From contig NC_086108.1 in assembly GCF_963921235.1 (NCBI RefSeq), positions 310,001-374,000 on the forward strand: a stretch of 64,000 bases of DNA, given 5' to 3'. The position numbers and the translations under genes were made by a program. The notes beneath the pieces were generated by a model. It made no database searches. It worked only from the letters and a program-made list of their open reading frames with translations, and was not told the DNA's origin. Source of the DNA: Mobula hypostoma. Its lineage: Eukaryota. Shown here one piece after another: positions 11,195 through 24,272 of the stretch. Within the stretch, counting starts at the first letter, position 1. Each line of letters opens with the position of its first letter.

Positions 11195-11580
11195 CTTTCC
11201 AACTACCGGTAATTTTTCCCCTCCTGCTTCCAATTCCCCATTCTGGCCTCTTTTCCACATCTCCGTATCACCTCCCCTGGTACCCCTCCTCCTTCCCTTT
11301 CTCCTGTGGTCCACTGTCCTCTCCTATCAGATTCCCCCTTCTCCAGCCCTTTTACCTTTTCCACCTACCAGCTTCTTACTTCATCCCGCTCCCCCACCCA
11401 CCTAGCTGCACACATAATCTTCCAGCCTGTCCTCCTTCCCTTCTCCCCACCTTTTTTATTCTGGCTTCTTCCCCCTTCCCTTTCCAGTCCTGATACTCTT
11501 GGCCCGGAAACGTCAACTGTTTATTCATTTCCATAGATGCTGACTGACTTGTTAAGTTCCTCCAGTATTTTGTGTGTAGA
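11195..11580 (+). mobile_element. Penelope-derived pLTR fragment
   Basis: Pyrimidine-rich tract ending in a degenerate hammerhead ccagtcctgat...gaaacgtcaactg, similar to 31310-31706. Confidence 0.55.
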
Positions 11581-12817
11581 ATTCCATTTGCCTTTGCCAG
11601 TATCTACATTACTCACAGCTAACGTTCTGTGACCACCCCCCCCCAGCTCTCCCTGTACAGTAACATTCTGTGATGTCTCTCTCTCTCTCTCTCTCTGTTT
11701 AAAGGATATTTTACTTTCTTACTCCTTTCACCATCATCTTTATGTGTCATGCCGTATGATGTGGGCAATCATGGTCTTTGGCACTGTGGGCAATGGCAAA
11801 CCTCTTCTGGGCCAGTGTCTTTACAAGACGGGTGACCCTAGCCATTATCAATACTCTTCAGAGACTGTCTGCCTGGCATCAGTGGTCGTATAACCAGGAC
11901 TTGTGATATGCAGCGGCTGTTCGTACAACCAACCACCACCTGCTTCCGTGGTTTCATGTGACGCTGATCGGGAGGGCTAAGCAGGTGCTATTCCTTGCCC
12001 AAGGGTGACCTGCAGACTAGTGGAGGGAAGGATCACCTTACACCTCCTTTGGTAGAGATGTATCCCCACCCCACCACCCAGCTACACCTTTAACCACACA
12101 TTATAGTCCAGCTCCCCTGTGGTGTTTACTCTTCAGGGAAATATCTAAAATAACTCGCACAAAATGCTGGAGGAACTCAGTAGGCCAGGCTACAGTGAAT
12201 TCTAAATCACAACTGTCTATGTTAAAAAGAAATTACTTCATTGCCCCTCTGACCCAGGCCTAGGCTGATTCCAGACTGAACAAGAGGCCTGAGCGGAAAT
12301 CCAGGAACTGGAATCTCAGTAGCCAAAGTGAAGAGATTTATGGCAACTTAAGAATTATCCTCAATCTCTTTCCTCCAGTTATTGACCCTCCTGCCGCTGA
12401 AAGCAGTTTCTCTTGACCCACCCTCCATTATTTGATTGCCTCTAATAAATCTGCCTTTATCACCTGTCTCAAAGGGCAGTAGCACTGGGGCTTCTCACAT
12501 CTCACCACATTAAATGGTCCCCTCTCCCTGGGCCAGCTGCTCACTGACCTGTTCCGGTATCAGGAATGGCATTATTAGTGTCATGTTATTCTATAATATC
12601 ATGGAAATAACTCTTTGACTACATCGTGTTCTTGTCACTGGTGCCATTGTCAAGGATTCTTCTGCACGCCTCTCTGAGTCTTTGAGGCGAAACTGAGTGG
12701 TATTCTGAGCGTCACAAGTTCAGGAAGTTCATCTGACACTGGCTGCCAAGATTGTTTTTTACTGAGTGTTTTAAAATGCCAGCTGTTGTCAAAGTTTTTT
12801 TCTTCTGTATTCTTCAG

Positions 12818-13276
12818 ACCAGCCAAGTGCTAGGAATTGTCTCCAGCCCAAGCCAGCGAGCAGGCAGCTGGGAGGAGAAGAACGTGGGCCACAGCTGCGA
12901 ATTGTCTCCAGGCAGAGCAGATGTTGAGCCAGAGCTGGTTTCTGAACAGAAGGCCGATGGCACAGAACACTGCTCGCTGCTCCAGATCCAATCCCAAGCA
13001 GAGCAGAAAGAACCAGGCCAGAAGCAGGAGCAGACAGAGGTTCCATCGGAGATCCCTGCTGAAGCACAAGAGGGAAATGCTGTGAGTGAGGCAGTGAACC
13101 AACCGGAGGCCAATGGTCCGAAGTTCCAACAGCAGGCCCAAGTCTTGGATAAACAAGAGGCCGAAGACGGGGATCAGCAGCAGCTTCAAGATCTGGTGCC
13201 ACTGGAGCCCCAAGCTCTGAAAGAGGCCAAAGACCTGGTGCAGCAGGAGGCGGGAGATGAATACCCACCTCTACTG
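12818..13276 (+). CDS. Probable TTLL6-like tail exon, E/Q-rich low complexity (TSQVLG...EYPPLL)
   Basis: Strong acceptor ttttttcttctgtattcttcAG; 153 open codons; phase 0 at both ends; donor CTG|GTAATG; non-repeat sequence amid repeats. Confidence 0.62.
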
Positions 13277-13835
13277 GTAATGTTGCAGCTCTAACAAAAC
13301 CCTAGTTAGACTACGCTTGGGAGTATTGTGTTCAGTTCCAGTCACCTCATTACAGGAAGGATGTGGAAGCTTTAGGTAAGGTGCAGAGGAGATTTACCAG
13401 AATGCTGCCTGAACTGGAGGGCATGTCTCGTGAGGATAGGTTTAGCCAGCTGAGGCTTTTCTCTTTGGAGCAAAGAAGGATGAGGGGTGACTTGATGGAA
13501 GTGTATAAGACAGATCAATTGGACAGCCAGAGTTTTCTTCCCAGGCAGAAATGGCAAATGCCAGGAAGCATAATTTCAAGGCGATAGGAGGGAAATATCG
13601 AGGGAATGATAGAAGCAGAGAGTAGTGGGTGCATGGAACACCCTGTCACGGGTAGTGCTAAAGGCAGATACATTAGGGGCATTCAGAAAATGCTCAGGTG
13701 GGCACATGATGATGGAAAAATAGAGGGTTAAGTAGGAGGGAAGGGTTAGATTGACCTTAAAGTAGGTTAAAAGTTGATAGAACATCGTGGGTGAAAAGGA
13801 ATGCACTGTGCTGTGGTGTTCGATGATCTATGTTC
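13276..13835 (+). mobile_element. CR1 3' fragment starting exactly at the exon donor
   Basis: gtaatgttgcagctct...gagtattgtgttcag..., KVQRRFTRMLP, LFSLEQRRMRGDL. Confidence 0.75.
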
Positions 13836-14949
13836 TCGATCACACATAGGCAAGTTGAGAATTTGAATTGACCAAGGCCTGTGTCAACAGAAAGCCCAAG
13901 TCATAGTCACAGAGCTATCGGTCCCTTTGCCCTAATACCAACCACGATTACAGGGACTTGAGGACCTGAGTTATAGGAAAAGGCTGAACTGTTTGGGACT
14001 TCATTCCCCAGGGTGTAGGAGGTGGAGGGGAGACTTGATTGAGATATACAAAATGATGAGAAGTATCCATAGTGTAAAGGCAGGCAGGCTTTTCCCACTG
14101 AGGTTGGGTGGCACTGACTGGAGGTCGTAGGTTAAGGGTGAAAGGTGAGTGTTCAGGGGGAACCTGAGGGGAATCTTCTTCACTCAGAGTGTGGAATGAG
14201 CTGCCAGCGGAAGTGGTAAATTGTGGTTAGATTGCAATATTGAAGAGAAGTTTGGATGGGTCCATAGATGGGAGGGTAGGGATGGCTACAGTCCAGGTGC
14301 TGGACGACAGGACTCGACAGATTAATAAATTGGCACGGCCTGGATGTGCTGAAAGGCCTATTTATCAACTAAATGACTCTTTGGCTGCTAATCTGTACTC
14401 AAATACTCTACCATTGAGCTTATAAAATTCATTTTAAAATGACAAAATTTTAGAAAATACTAGAAACTGGAGCAGACTTCATGCATTTTTTTGGCCTCTG
14501 TAAAACCATAAGACATAGGAGCAGAATTAGGCCATTTGGCCCATTGAGTCTGCTCTGCCATTCCATCATGGCTGATGTACTATCTCTCTCAACCCTGTTC
14601 TCCTGCCTTCTCCCCATATCATTTGACGCCCTGACTAATCAAGAACCTGCCAACCTTCGGTTTAAATATACCCAATGACCTGGCCTCCGCAGCCGTCTTG
14701 TGGTAACAAATTTCACAGATTCACCACCCAATGACTGGATGCATTATGACCCTTATAGGATCCCATGCATTGACAGGCTCTCTCAGGGTTAAGACAGGGT
14801 TCAGTTCCTGAGAACGGTCTGTAAGATAGAAATGAACAGAAATAATGCACGCGACAGGGTCACGGGAAGAACTACGACAGGGGAGCGAACAGGTGTGGAA
14901 AGAGCAGCTGCCAGCCCGTCTCACTGACCCAGTGAGAGGCCGAATTAAA

Positions 14950-15765
14950 TTTGATTGAATTGAATATTATTTCTTACATCCTTCACATACACGAGGAGTA
15001 AAAATCTTTATGTTACATCTCCGTCTGAATGTGCAATGTGTAAATTGTAGTAATTTGTAATAAATAGTATGTCCAGTAAGTTATACAACAGTACAGTCAA
15101 TACAGTTGTGTCAGCGTGAATTAATCAGTCTGATGGCCTGCTGGAAGAAGCTGTCCTGGAGCCTGTTGGTCCTGGCTTTAATGCTGCGGTACCATTTCCC
15201 GGATGGTAGCAACTGGAACAGTTTGTGGTTGGGGTGACTTGGGTCCCCAATGATCCTGCAGGCCCTTTGTACACACCTGTCCTTGTAAATGTCCTGAATC
15301 ATGGGAAGTTCACAACTACAGATGTGCTGGGCTGTCCACACCACTCTCTGCAGAGTCTTGCGATTGAGGGAGGTACAGTTCCCATACCAGGCACTGATGC
15401 AGCCAGTCAGGATGCTCTCAGTTGTGCCCCTGTAGAAAGTTCTTAGGATCTGGGGACTCATGCCGAATTTCTTCAGCCGTCTGAGGTGAAAGGGGCGCTG
15501 CTGTGCTTTTTTCACCACACAGCTGATATGTACAGACCACGTGAGATCCTCGGTGACGTGTATACCGAGGAACTTGAAGCTGTTCACCCTCTCAACCCCA
15601 GATCCATTGATGTCAATTGATGTCTCCATTCCTCCTGTAGTCCACAACCAGCTCCTTTGTTTTTGCGACATTGAGGGAGAGGTTGTTTTCTTGACACCAC
15701 TGTGTCAGGGTGATGACCACTTCTGTGTGGGCTGCCTTGTTATTGTTTGAGATCAGGCCAGTCAG
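14950..15765 (-). mobile_element. Rex1/Babar LINE 3' portion
   Basis: ORF 15111-15671: FKFLGIHVTEDLTW...KKAQQR...ESILTGCISAWYGNC...HPNHKLFQLLPSGK. Confidence 0.85.
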
Positions 15766-16129
15766 TGTATAGAGAGTCTGTTCAGTGGTCCCATCACTGC
15801 TCGGCCTGAACCAGCCCCCTGATTGTAGTGGCTTGGCTGGATCGAGAATGCAGTGTGGGGAGCGAACACCAACTTACAGAACCACTAACGCCATCTGGGC
15901 ACAGGCCTTTGACAGCAGCTCACCAGAGTCCTCCATCCTGGGAGTCTTTCAACCTGTTCCCAGGTGTGGCCCATCTTCTTGGCAGATCCTTCCTCTCCCA
16001 GGGATGGAGCTTCCGTTGGGGTTTCTGCAGCTCTGGGTTTTTAACTCCATGCCCAGGTGAGGGGGTGGTGGGAGTGAAAGCAGTTGGGAAAGCTCCATTC
16101 CCACAAGGTAGAAGATTCCTGCGGCGTCG

Positions 16130-17090
16130 GAGAGTCATAGAAAAATACGGCAGAGAAACAGGCCCTTCAGCCCATCTAGTCCATGCCCAGCCATTTTAAA
16201 CCGGCTATTCCCATCGACCTGCACCGGGACCATTGCCATCCATATCCCCTACCATCCATGTACCTATCCAAACTTCTCTTAAACGTGGAAACCGAGCTCG
16301 CACGCACCACTTATGCTGGCAGCTTGTTCCAAACTCTCCCCACCCTCTGAGTGAAAAAGTTTCCCCTTATGTTTCCAGGTGGCAAATGCAGTTACTGCTT
16401 TGCCCATCCTGAAAGAAACTGTCCGAGTTTTGAACAGATACTAATGGGTTCCTTGCAATTATTTCCCAAGAACATTAAACTGATCCAACACCGTGCCTTT
16501 TCTTTAAAATATCTCAGTCAGGTTAGACTGAAATGTCTAGACAGAGCAGACGTGGAGAGGATGTTTTTGAAAGTGGGAGAGTGGAGTACCAGACAGTGCA
16601 GCCTCAGAAATGAGGTTCGTCACTTTAGAATAGAGATGGGGAAGAATTTCTTCAGCCAGAGGGTGGTGAATCTGGAATTCATCGCCACAGGCGGCTGTGG
16701 AGGCCAAGTCACTGGGGATATTTAAAACCAGAGTTTGATAGGCTCTTGATTAGTCAGGGCATCAAAGGTTATGGCGAGAAGGCAGGAGAATGTGGTTGAG
16801 GTTATAAATCAGCCATGATGGAAGAAGGACGTCCCTTTAGAACGGAGATGAGGAGGAATTTCTTTAGCCAGAGGGTGGTGAATCTGTGGAATTCATTGCC
16901 ACAGACGGCTGTGGAGGCCAAGTCGTTGGGTGTACTTAAAATGAAGGTTAAGAGGCTCTTGATTAGTAAGGGTGTCAGAGGTTACGGGGAGAAGGCAGAA
17001 GGCTGGGGTTGAGATGGACAATAAATCAGCCATAAAGGAATGGTGGAGCAGACTCGGAGGGCCAAGTGGCCTAATTCTGTTGCTAAGATT
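16130..17090. mobile_element. Cluster of CR1 3' ends (- about 16130-16375; two tandem + copies about 16530-16815 and 16820-17090)
   Basis: Repeated RNFFSQRVVNLWNSLP and CR1 3'UTR. Confidence 0.7.
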
Positions 17091-17189
17091 TATTACGAAT
17101 AAGTTATGAGGTCAGCACAACATTGTGGGCTGAATGGCCTGCAACATTCTGTGTTCTAAACCTTTAATCTATATTTCTGTTTTCTTCAG

Positions 17190-17619
17190 AATACCCAGTC
17201 GGAGATCTTCGAGGAGCTTGACCAGAAGAGCACAGTTGTTGGGGAGGAAACCGAACCAGCGGATGCGTGCAGCACGCTGCCGGCCGAAAGCACAGAGCAG
17301 AATGGGAGCTCGAGGCAATTCCTCCCTGAGGTCCAGAGTCAGCCCAGGAGCCAAGGTGGCCTCGAGGCCCAGGCGTTCCCCCAGGGAGGGCAAAAGGCCG
17401 CTAGAGAGACGCTGAGCGCAACGGGCAACCCGCATGCCACCGCGAAGGCCATCAAGAAGTTGTCTAAGGTCCTGAAACGCAACCGCAGCCAAGTGGGCCT
17501 GGCAAGCAATGTGAATTGTTCCGGACAGACTGATGCTGCAGGGCACGTTAGTGTCACTGAGGAGATTTCAAATGCACCTCGGGATCAGCGTGATTCCTGT
17601 TGCAACTGCTGGGGTTACA
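17190..17619 (+). CDS. Probable TTLL6-like tail exon (NTQSEIFEELDQK...DSCCNCWGY)
   Basis: Acceptor tttctgttttcttcAG; open frame entered in phase 0; donor ACA|GTAAGT leaves phase 1. Confidence 0.62.
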
Positions 17620-17779
17620 GTAAGTGGAATACAACCTTTTAGCCTTCTAAACTCGAAATCTGGGTTTCCTCACTTGCAGGGACTCCACAGTTTGTGTTCT
17701 CAGTATTACTTGTTTAGTCTTTGTATTTGCACAGTTCGTCTTCTCTTGCCCATTGGTTGCTTGTCAGCAATTGTGTGTA

Positions 17780-18150
17780 CAATGCCTCTAAAAAAGCATT
17801 CATTCCCTTTGGAGGTTTTCATGTTTTGTTGTTTTACAACACTGAATCATAGTGGATTTAATTTGGCTGTTTTGACACTGATCAACAGAGAAGACCGCTT
17901 TTGTGACCAAGTGAAAACAGATCTCTACAAAGTGCTCTAAATTAATTACAATTATTAAACACAAAACAATTGACTACCTAAGTATTTTTCCCCTTCAAGT
18001 CACTATTTAATAGATGCATCTTTGGCAGCAATTATAGCCTTGAGTCTGTGTGGACAGGTCTCCATCAGCTTTGCACATCTGGACACTGCAATTTTTCCCC
18101 TTCTCCTTCCTTATTTACAAAACTGTTCAAACTCTGCTGGATTTGCATGA
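17780..18150 (+). mobile_element. Tc1-like transposon left-end fragment
   Basis: TA-caatgcctctaaaaaagcattc..., similar to the Tc1 end at 61530-61840. Confidence 0.55.
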
Positions 18151-18159
18151 GGATTCCGT

Positions 18160-18430
18160 GGGGCAACACCGTAGCGTAGTGGTTAGCGCAATACTTTACA
18201 GTACTGGCGACCCCAGTTCAATTTCAGCCGTTGCCTGTAGAGAATTTGTATGTTCTCCCCATGACCGCGAGGGTTTCCTCCGGGTGCTCTGGTTTCCTCC
18301 CACAGCCCAAAGACCTACCAGTTGGTAGGTTGATTGGTGGTTGTAAAACTGTCCTGTGATTGGGCTGGGATTAAATCAGGGGATTGCTGTGGCACAGCGG
18401 AAGGGTTTACTCCACACTGTATGTTAATAA
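18160..18430 (+). mobile_element. tRNA-derived SINE (V-SINE/HE1-like)
   Basis: A-box tagcgtagtgg, B-box-like gttcaattt, central gggtttcctccgggtgctctggtttcctcccac; a partial copy lies at about 22400-22590. Confidence 0.65.
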
Positions 18431-18744
18431 CATCAAATAAATTAATTAATTAACTCAAAACATGAGGTTCCTCACTTTTAGGGACTCTGCAGTTGGTGTT
18501 CTCGGTACTATTTATTTATTTGTCTGGGTTTTTTTGCACGTTGGTTGCTTGTCAGTCTTTGTGTGTGGATTTTCATTGATTCTGCTGCAGTTCGTTGTCC
18601 TACTGTGAATGCCCGCAAGAAAGTTCATCTCAGGGTAGTATATGGTGGCGTATATGTACTTCATAAATAGACTTACTTTGAACTTTGAACCTCGAAGTAA
18701 GGGAAACATAACCTTCAGATCACATTCAGAGTATTGTCAGCTGT

Positions 18745-20043
18745 GGAAGCTCCTGCCAAAATTCGGTTGCCCCCCACATGCCTAACCAACATCATCCGTC
18801 AGTTCCCCAAAGGCATGGAAGGCCGCATCAACATGTGTGGTGAGTTGTCAAACCCATTTTCCATCAGCAACGGCGTAAAACAGGGTTGTGTTCCGGCTCC
18901 TACTCTGTTTGGACCATTCTTCGCTGCTGTTCTTTAGGATGCCACATCAGACCTGAAGTCAGGGGTCTTCCTACAAACGAGTGCTGATGGCGGGCTCCTC
19001 AACCTCGCAAGATTGAGAGCAAAATCAAAAGGCAGGGGCATGGTGGCGCATGAGCTACAGTTTGCTAATGACTGTGCACTGGTTGCCCACTCTCTCGAAG
19101 ACTTACAGGAGATCACCAGTGCAACCAAAAGCTTCGGACTGACAATCAGCCTGAAAACGGAAGTTTTGTACCAACCAGCTCCTGGCTGAAGCTATGAAGA
19201 ACCAACTGAACTCCTTGATGACACTTGTCTCAATGCTCTCAACAAGTTTTGCTACCTGGGCGGCATAATCACATCCTCAGCTTCTCTGGATGTAGAGACT
19301 GAGTCAAGAACCAGAAAAGCCTGCTTTGTCTTCGGTCAGCTGAAAGATCGAGTTTGGTCACAGAACATCAGGTTGGCCACCAAGTGCAAGGTACACAGGG
19401 CCGTTGCCATATCAACCTTGTTATACGGATGTGAGACGTGGTGCCCATGTCAGAGACACTTACGCCAGCTTGACCAACTGCAGCAGCGTCACCTACGTTC
19501 TCTGATGAAGATCACCCGGCGAGACAAGGTCTCCAATACCGAGGTCCTCTCTCGAGCCGGAATGCCAGCAGTTTCAACCTTGGTGATGTCAGCCCAACTG
19601 CACTGGGCAGGACATGTTGTCAGAATGCCTGACGGAAGACTGCCCAAGGACATCTTGTACGGCCAACTGTCCAGTAGTACCCAAAAACGAGGAGGCCAGC
19701 GACTACGGTACAAGGAAGTTCTGCACAGGAGCCTCAAGAAAGCTGACATTGGCCCATCAACATGGGAGGATCTGGCTCAAGATCGCTCACAGTGGAGGGA
19801 CGCCATCAGGAAAGGTGTGGACGCTGCTGAGAACAAGCTCAACGAGGCAACAGAGGAAAGGCACAGGAAGCACCACAACAGAGCTCCTGCCCCTGCTGCC
19901 CCTCCAGGCCTCACCTGCCAAGCATGTGGCAAGCAGTGCCCGTCAAGGATCGGCCTGTACAGTCACTCCAGGATGCACATATCAAACCCCACTAACTGAC
20001 TGAAAGGAACCGTCATCATCCTACGGGATGGATAGCCAGAGAG
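18745..20043 (+). mobile_element. 5'-truncated RTE-clade LINE with 12-bp TSD
   Basis: GVKQGCVPAPTLF, LLYGCETW, WAGHVVRMPDGRLPK and C-terminal CxxC..SRIGLYSH. TSD ATTGTCAGCTGT at 18733-18744 and 20044-20055. Confidence 0.9.
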
Positions 20044-20119
20044 ATTGTCAGCTGTTCTCAAGGTTCAAGATTCAAGTTCATTTATACGTGTGCAGTACAG
20101 TGCAAAAGTCTATATATAT

Positions 20120-20122
<3 letters not shown>

Positions 20123-20157
<35 letters not shown>
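20123..20157. repeat. (GA)n microsatellite
   Basis: Read directly from the sequence. Confidence 0.95.
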
Positions 20158-20162
<5 letters not shown>

Positions 20163-21549
20163 GCAAGCTAGGGTGCCTAAGAGTCTGGCCATTCTCCTCT
20201 GACCTCTCTCATTAACAAAGTGTTTTCACCCACAGAACTGCTGCTCACGGGATGTTTTTCAGTTTTTCACAACATTGTCTATAAACTCTAGAGACTGTTG
20301 TGCTTGAAAATCCCCAGGAGATCAGCAGTTTCTGAAATACTCAAACCACCCCGTATGGCACCAACCATCATTCCACGGTCAAAGTCACTTAGATCACGTT
20401 TCTTCCCCCATTCTGATGCTTGGACTGAGCAACAACTGAACCTCTTGACCATGTCTGCATGCTTTCATGCACTGAGCTGCTGCCACATGATTGGCTGGTT
20501 CGATATTTGCATTTACGAGCCGGTGTACCGAATAAAGTGGCTAATAAACCCTGTGTAGGCACATTTTTTTAAAATTCTGAATGTGTGCTAGATTTTATTA
20601 CAGCCTTGTGGGCTGAGTAAAACTAAATTATTAGTTGTTGAATTAAGTGTTTCAGGAAACAATTAAGTGCCCAACGCGTCACCAGCACCAGACTGCCAGC
20701 CATCAAGATGTATTCCAAGTACAGTAATTATCAAAGTATGCTTACCGTGCACAGCCTCGAGGCTCATCTTCTTGCAGGCAGTCACAAAACAAAGAAATGT
20801 CAGAGAACCCACTTAAAGAAAGCAACCCACGAAACAAGACCATCAGACGTGCAAAGTCACGCCAACAACAGAAATAACAAATGAGTAACGCTCAGAACAT
20901 CGAACATCAGAACACAGGATCCCCAGAAGTGGGTCCACACCCACGAGCCACCGGGGGGTGAGTGAAGCCGGTCCAGGAGCTTACCCACCATCAAGGGCCA
21001 GTAACGTCAGGGAGGATCCCACCCACCCTGCTCACGGACTGTTTGTCTCTCTCCCATCGGGGAGGAGGCCGCATAGCGTCCACGCCTGGACCAGCAGACT
21101 CAGAAACAGTGACTAACCCGCACCCTCAACCACCACTACCTGATCATTTCCTGTCAGAGTCACCTTCTGTACAGACACTCAGTGATTCAGGAACAGTCTC
21201 TCCCCCGTCATCAGATTTCTGAATGGACATTGAACCTCTGAACACTAACTCACTATTTTCTTTTTGTCTTTCTGCACGACTTATTTAATTGTTTAATTTT
21301 TTTATATATTTATTGTCATTCACAGTTTTTTATTTTCTATTGCAAGGTACTGCTGCCACACAATGACAAATTTCATGGGATATACTGATGGTATTAAAGC
21401 TGATTGTGATTTTGAGACACTCCTGTGCCTAGAGTCACTTTATGCACATACAATCAATCCATGTATATAAGCTATCTTATGTATTTATATTTATTGTGTT
21501 TTTATTATTATTATTATTGTGTTCTTTATCTTATGGAGTTTCTTAGTAG

Positions 21550-21985
21550 TGAGTTAAGCATCAATTTGTCGAACTTCTAGTTTTCTTCTTCACCATTCCC
21601 CATTCTCATTTCTCTCTCTCACCTTATCTCCTTACCTGCCCATCACCTCCCTCAGGTGCTCCTCTCCCTTCCCTTTCTTCCACGGCCTTCTGTCCTCTCC
21701 TATCAGATTCCCCCTTCCCCAGCACTTCCACCAATCGACCTCCCAGCTCTTTACTTCACCCCACCCCCTCTTCCGGTCTCACCTATCACCTACCACCTCG
21801 TACTTCTTCCTCTCCTCCCCCACCCTCAACGTCTTCTCCCTTCCTTTCCAGTCCTGATGAAGGGTCTCAGCCTAAAGCGTCGACTGTTTACACTTTTCCG
21901 TAAATGCTGCCTGACCTGCTGAGTTTTTCTGGCACTTTGTGTGTGTTGCCTTGGATTTCCAGCATCTGCAGATTTTCTTCTGTTT
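21550..21985 (+). mobile_element. Penelope-derived pLTR fragment
   Basis: Pyrimidine tract and degenerate hammerhead ccagtcctgatgaagggtctcagcctaaagcgtcgactg at about 21848-21886. Confidence 0.6.
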
Positions 21986-22100
21986 GGCTTGGTGTGTTTT
22001 ATTTATCTCCTGCATCCCATCCAGAGTTACGATTATTTCGTTCTCCTTGACACTTGGGTACTGAAAATGACACTAAACAACCTTGAATATTTTTCGATAG

Positions 22101-22348
22101 CTAAAGTATTCAGTTCATACCCCAGACAGGATCTGCTGCATGAGCTGGTTACGGGACAGTGCCGTGGAACGCGACTGCAGGAACCCGCCCGAGCACCAGT
22201 AGAATCGAGTTGCCGAGAGGTTTCCCAACGCGTCTGCCTATCCCGAGAGGGTGACCGAGGACAGGAGCAGAGGGAAGCTGTGCGTGTCCTCCGAGCCCCC
22301 AGCTTCGCACCTCGGTGGCTCTACCTGTTCCACAAAACACAGGATTAG
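22101..22348 (+). CDS. Probable last coding exon of the TTLL6-like gene (T-KVFSSYPRQDLL...LFHKTQD*)
   Basis: Acceptor atttttcgatAG. The only frame open across the exon is the one needing phase 1, matching the previous donor. TAG at 22346-22348; further donor CAG|GTAAAA at 22375/22376. Confidence 0.55.
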
Positions 22349-22693
22349 ACAAAGGGACCTCAACAGTCATGGCAGGTAAAAAAACAACGGTGAACGCCAG
22401 GAGTTTTCTCTGGGGTTTCCTCTGGGCGCTCCGGTTTCCTCCCACCGTCCAAAGACGTACCGGTCAGTAGTTTAATTGGTCATTGTAAATTGCCCCGTGA
22501 TTAGGCTGGGGTTAAATCGGGAGATTGCTGGGCGGTGAGGCTCGAAGGGCCGGAAGGGTCAATTCTGTGCCGTCTCTCAATCAATGAATCAATCAACCTA
22601 ACCCTCCCCTCCCGCACAGCCTGCCATTTTCCATCATCCGTCAGCCTATCCAAGTGTCTGTAAAGCACCGCAGTCAGCGTAATGCCTTCAGTG

Positions 22694-23285
22694 CCACCAG
22701 GTTCAGGAACAGTTATTACCCCTCAACCATCAGGAAGGAGGTACAGGAGCCTCAGGACCCACACCACCAGGGTCAGGAACAGTTATTACCCCTCAACCAT
22801 CAGAAAGGAGGTACAGGAGCCTCAGGACCCACACCACCAGGGTCAGGAACAGTTATTACCCCTCAACCATCAGGAAGGAGGTACAGGAGCCTCAGGACCC
22901 ACACCACCAGGGTCAGGAACAGTTATTACCCCTCAACCATCAGGAAGGAGGTACAGGAGCCTCAGGACCCACACCACCAGGGTCAGGAACAGTTATTACC
23001 CCTCAACCATCAGGAAGGAGGTACAGGAGCCTCAGGACCCACACCACCAGGGTCAGGAACAGTTATTACCCCTCAACCATCAGGAAGGAGGTACAGGAGC
23101 CTCAGGACCCACACCACCAGGGTCAGGAACAGTTATTACCCCTCAACCATCAGGAAGGAGGTACAGGAGCCTCAGGACCCACACCACCAGGGTCAGGAAC
23201 AGTTATTACCCCTCAACCATCAGGAAGGAGGTACAGGAGCCTCAGGACCCACACCACCAGGGTCAGGAACAGTTATTACCCCTCA
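22694..23285 (+). repeat. 70-bp tandem array (about 8.4 copies) derived from a Rex1/Babar 3' end
   Basis: caggaaggag recurs every 70 bp (22731 to 23221); the unit encodes PSGRRYRSLRTHTTRVRNSYYPSTIR. Confidence 0.95.
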
Positions 23286-24272
23286 GCCAGGGGTGCACTG
23301 CTGCCGGTTCTCACCAGAGTGCCACTCCGGCACCTCTGTAAAAAATGTCAAAATATACAAGCGGGGAATTTAACAGCGGCCGCTATAGTTGATTGGAAAG
23401 AGGCTCTTTTTATCTTTGTGTTGATAGGAAAAAGAGTAGTGAGCAATGAACGAGATGAAGTACATTTCCAAACCTCCCAAATGGTTGCTGTTCTCCCCGT
23501 TAACATTTCTCACTTACAAAATGCAATATTTTCTATTCGTACAGATACAATTATAATTTCTGTAAAGATTCAAGCTTCTTTCACTTTTTATATACTTAAA
23601 GACTAAACAGGATCTGTATTGGTCTAACCATGCAATACCCGATGTGTGAGGATATTGTGAGTATCCACACACACAGGTACACTTCCTGTCCAACCATTTC
23701 TGTGAGAGAAACGGTACGAGGCAGAGTTGCCAACCTACCGCTTTTGATACCAATATTCACCAATATTCGTGGCTTTACCAATCGTTCATCAGACGTTCTT
23801 GTTTCATACGTGATTACTTGGTTCCAATTTAGGTGGCTGAAAGTGTAAAAAACTTACTTGCTTTATTTCTGTTATTTTGATACCTGCTTAGGAACACTGC
23901 TCAGCACTGCGGGCCCTGCTGTCTGCTCTGACTGAGCCGTAGAAGAAAGGCTACATCTGTGGTGCTCACCAATACAAAGGTAAATTTTTCTCACTAACAA
24001 CCCTATGGCTTCTAAGCAAACAATGTTACTTTACTTGATTGATAATTATATTTTATGATAATTAGTGTGTACAACCATGCAATACTTTGTCATATTATTA
24101 AATTAAGTATGATATGTTTTATTGTACCAGTTATACACTGAAGTGTAGTGATAGGCTATAATCTTGTTCATGTCGTAACTATCACTATATTTCTGTGGAG
24201 CTGGGGAATTCATGTATTTCTTTCAGCTTGGTTCAGTGCCTGACATTATAAGAAGCCCTGTTCACATATATA

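Noticed and set aside
18160..18235. tRNA genes here and at 45674-45750
   Set aside because: A/B-box heads run into SINE bodies and do not form a convincing cloverleaf.
22654..23373. Repetitive 219-239 aa ORFs as a host protein
   Set aside because: They result from a stop-free 70-bp LINE-derived tandem repeat.
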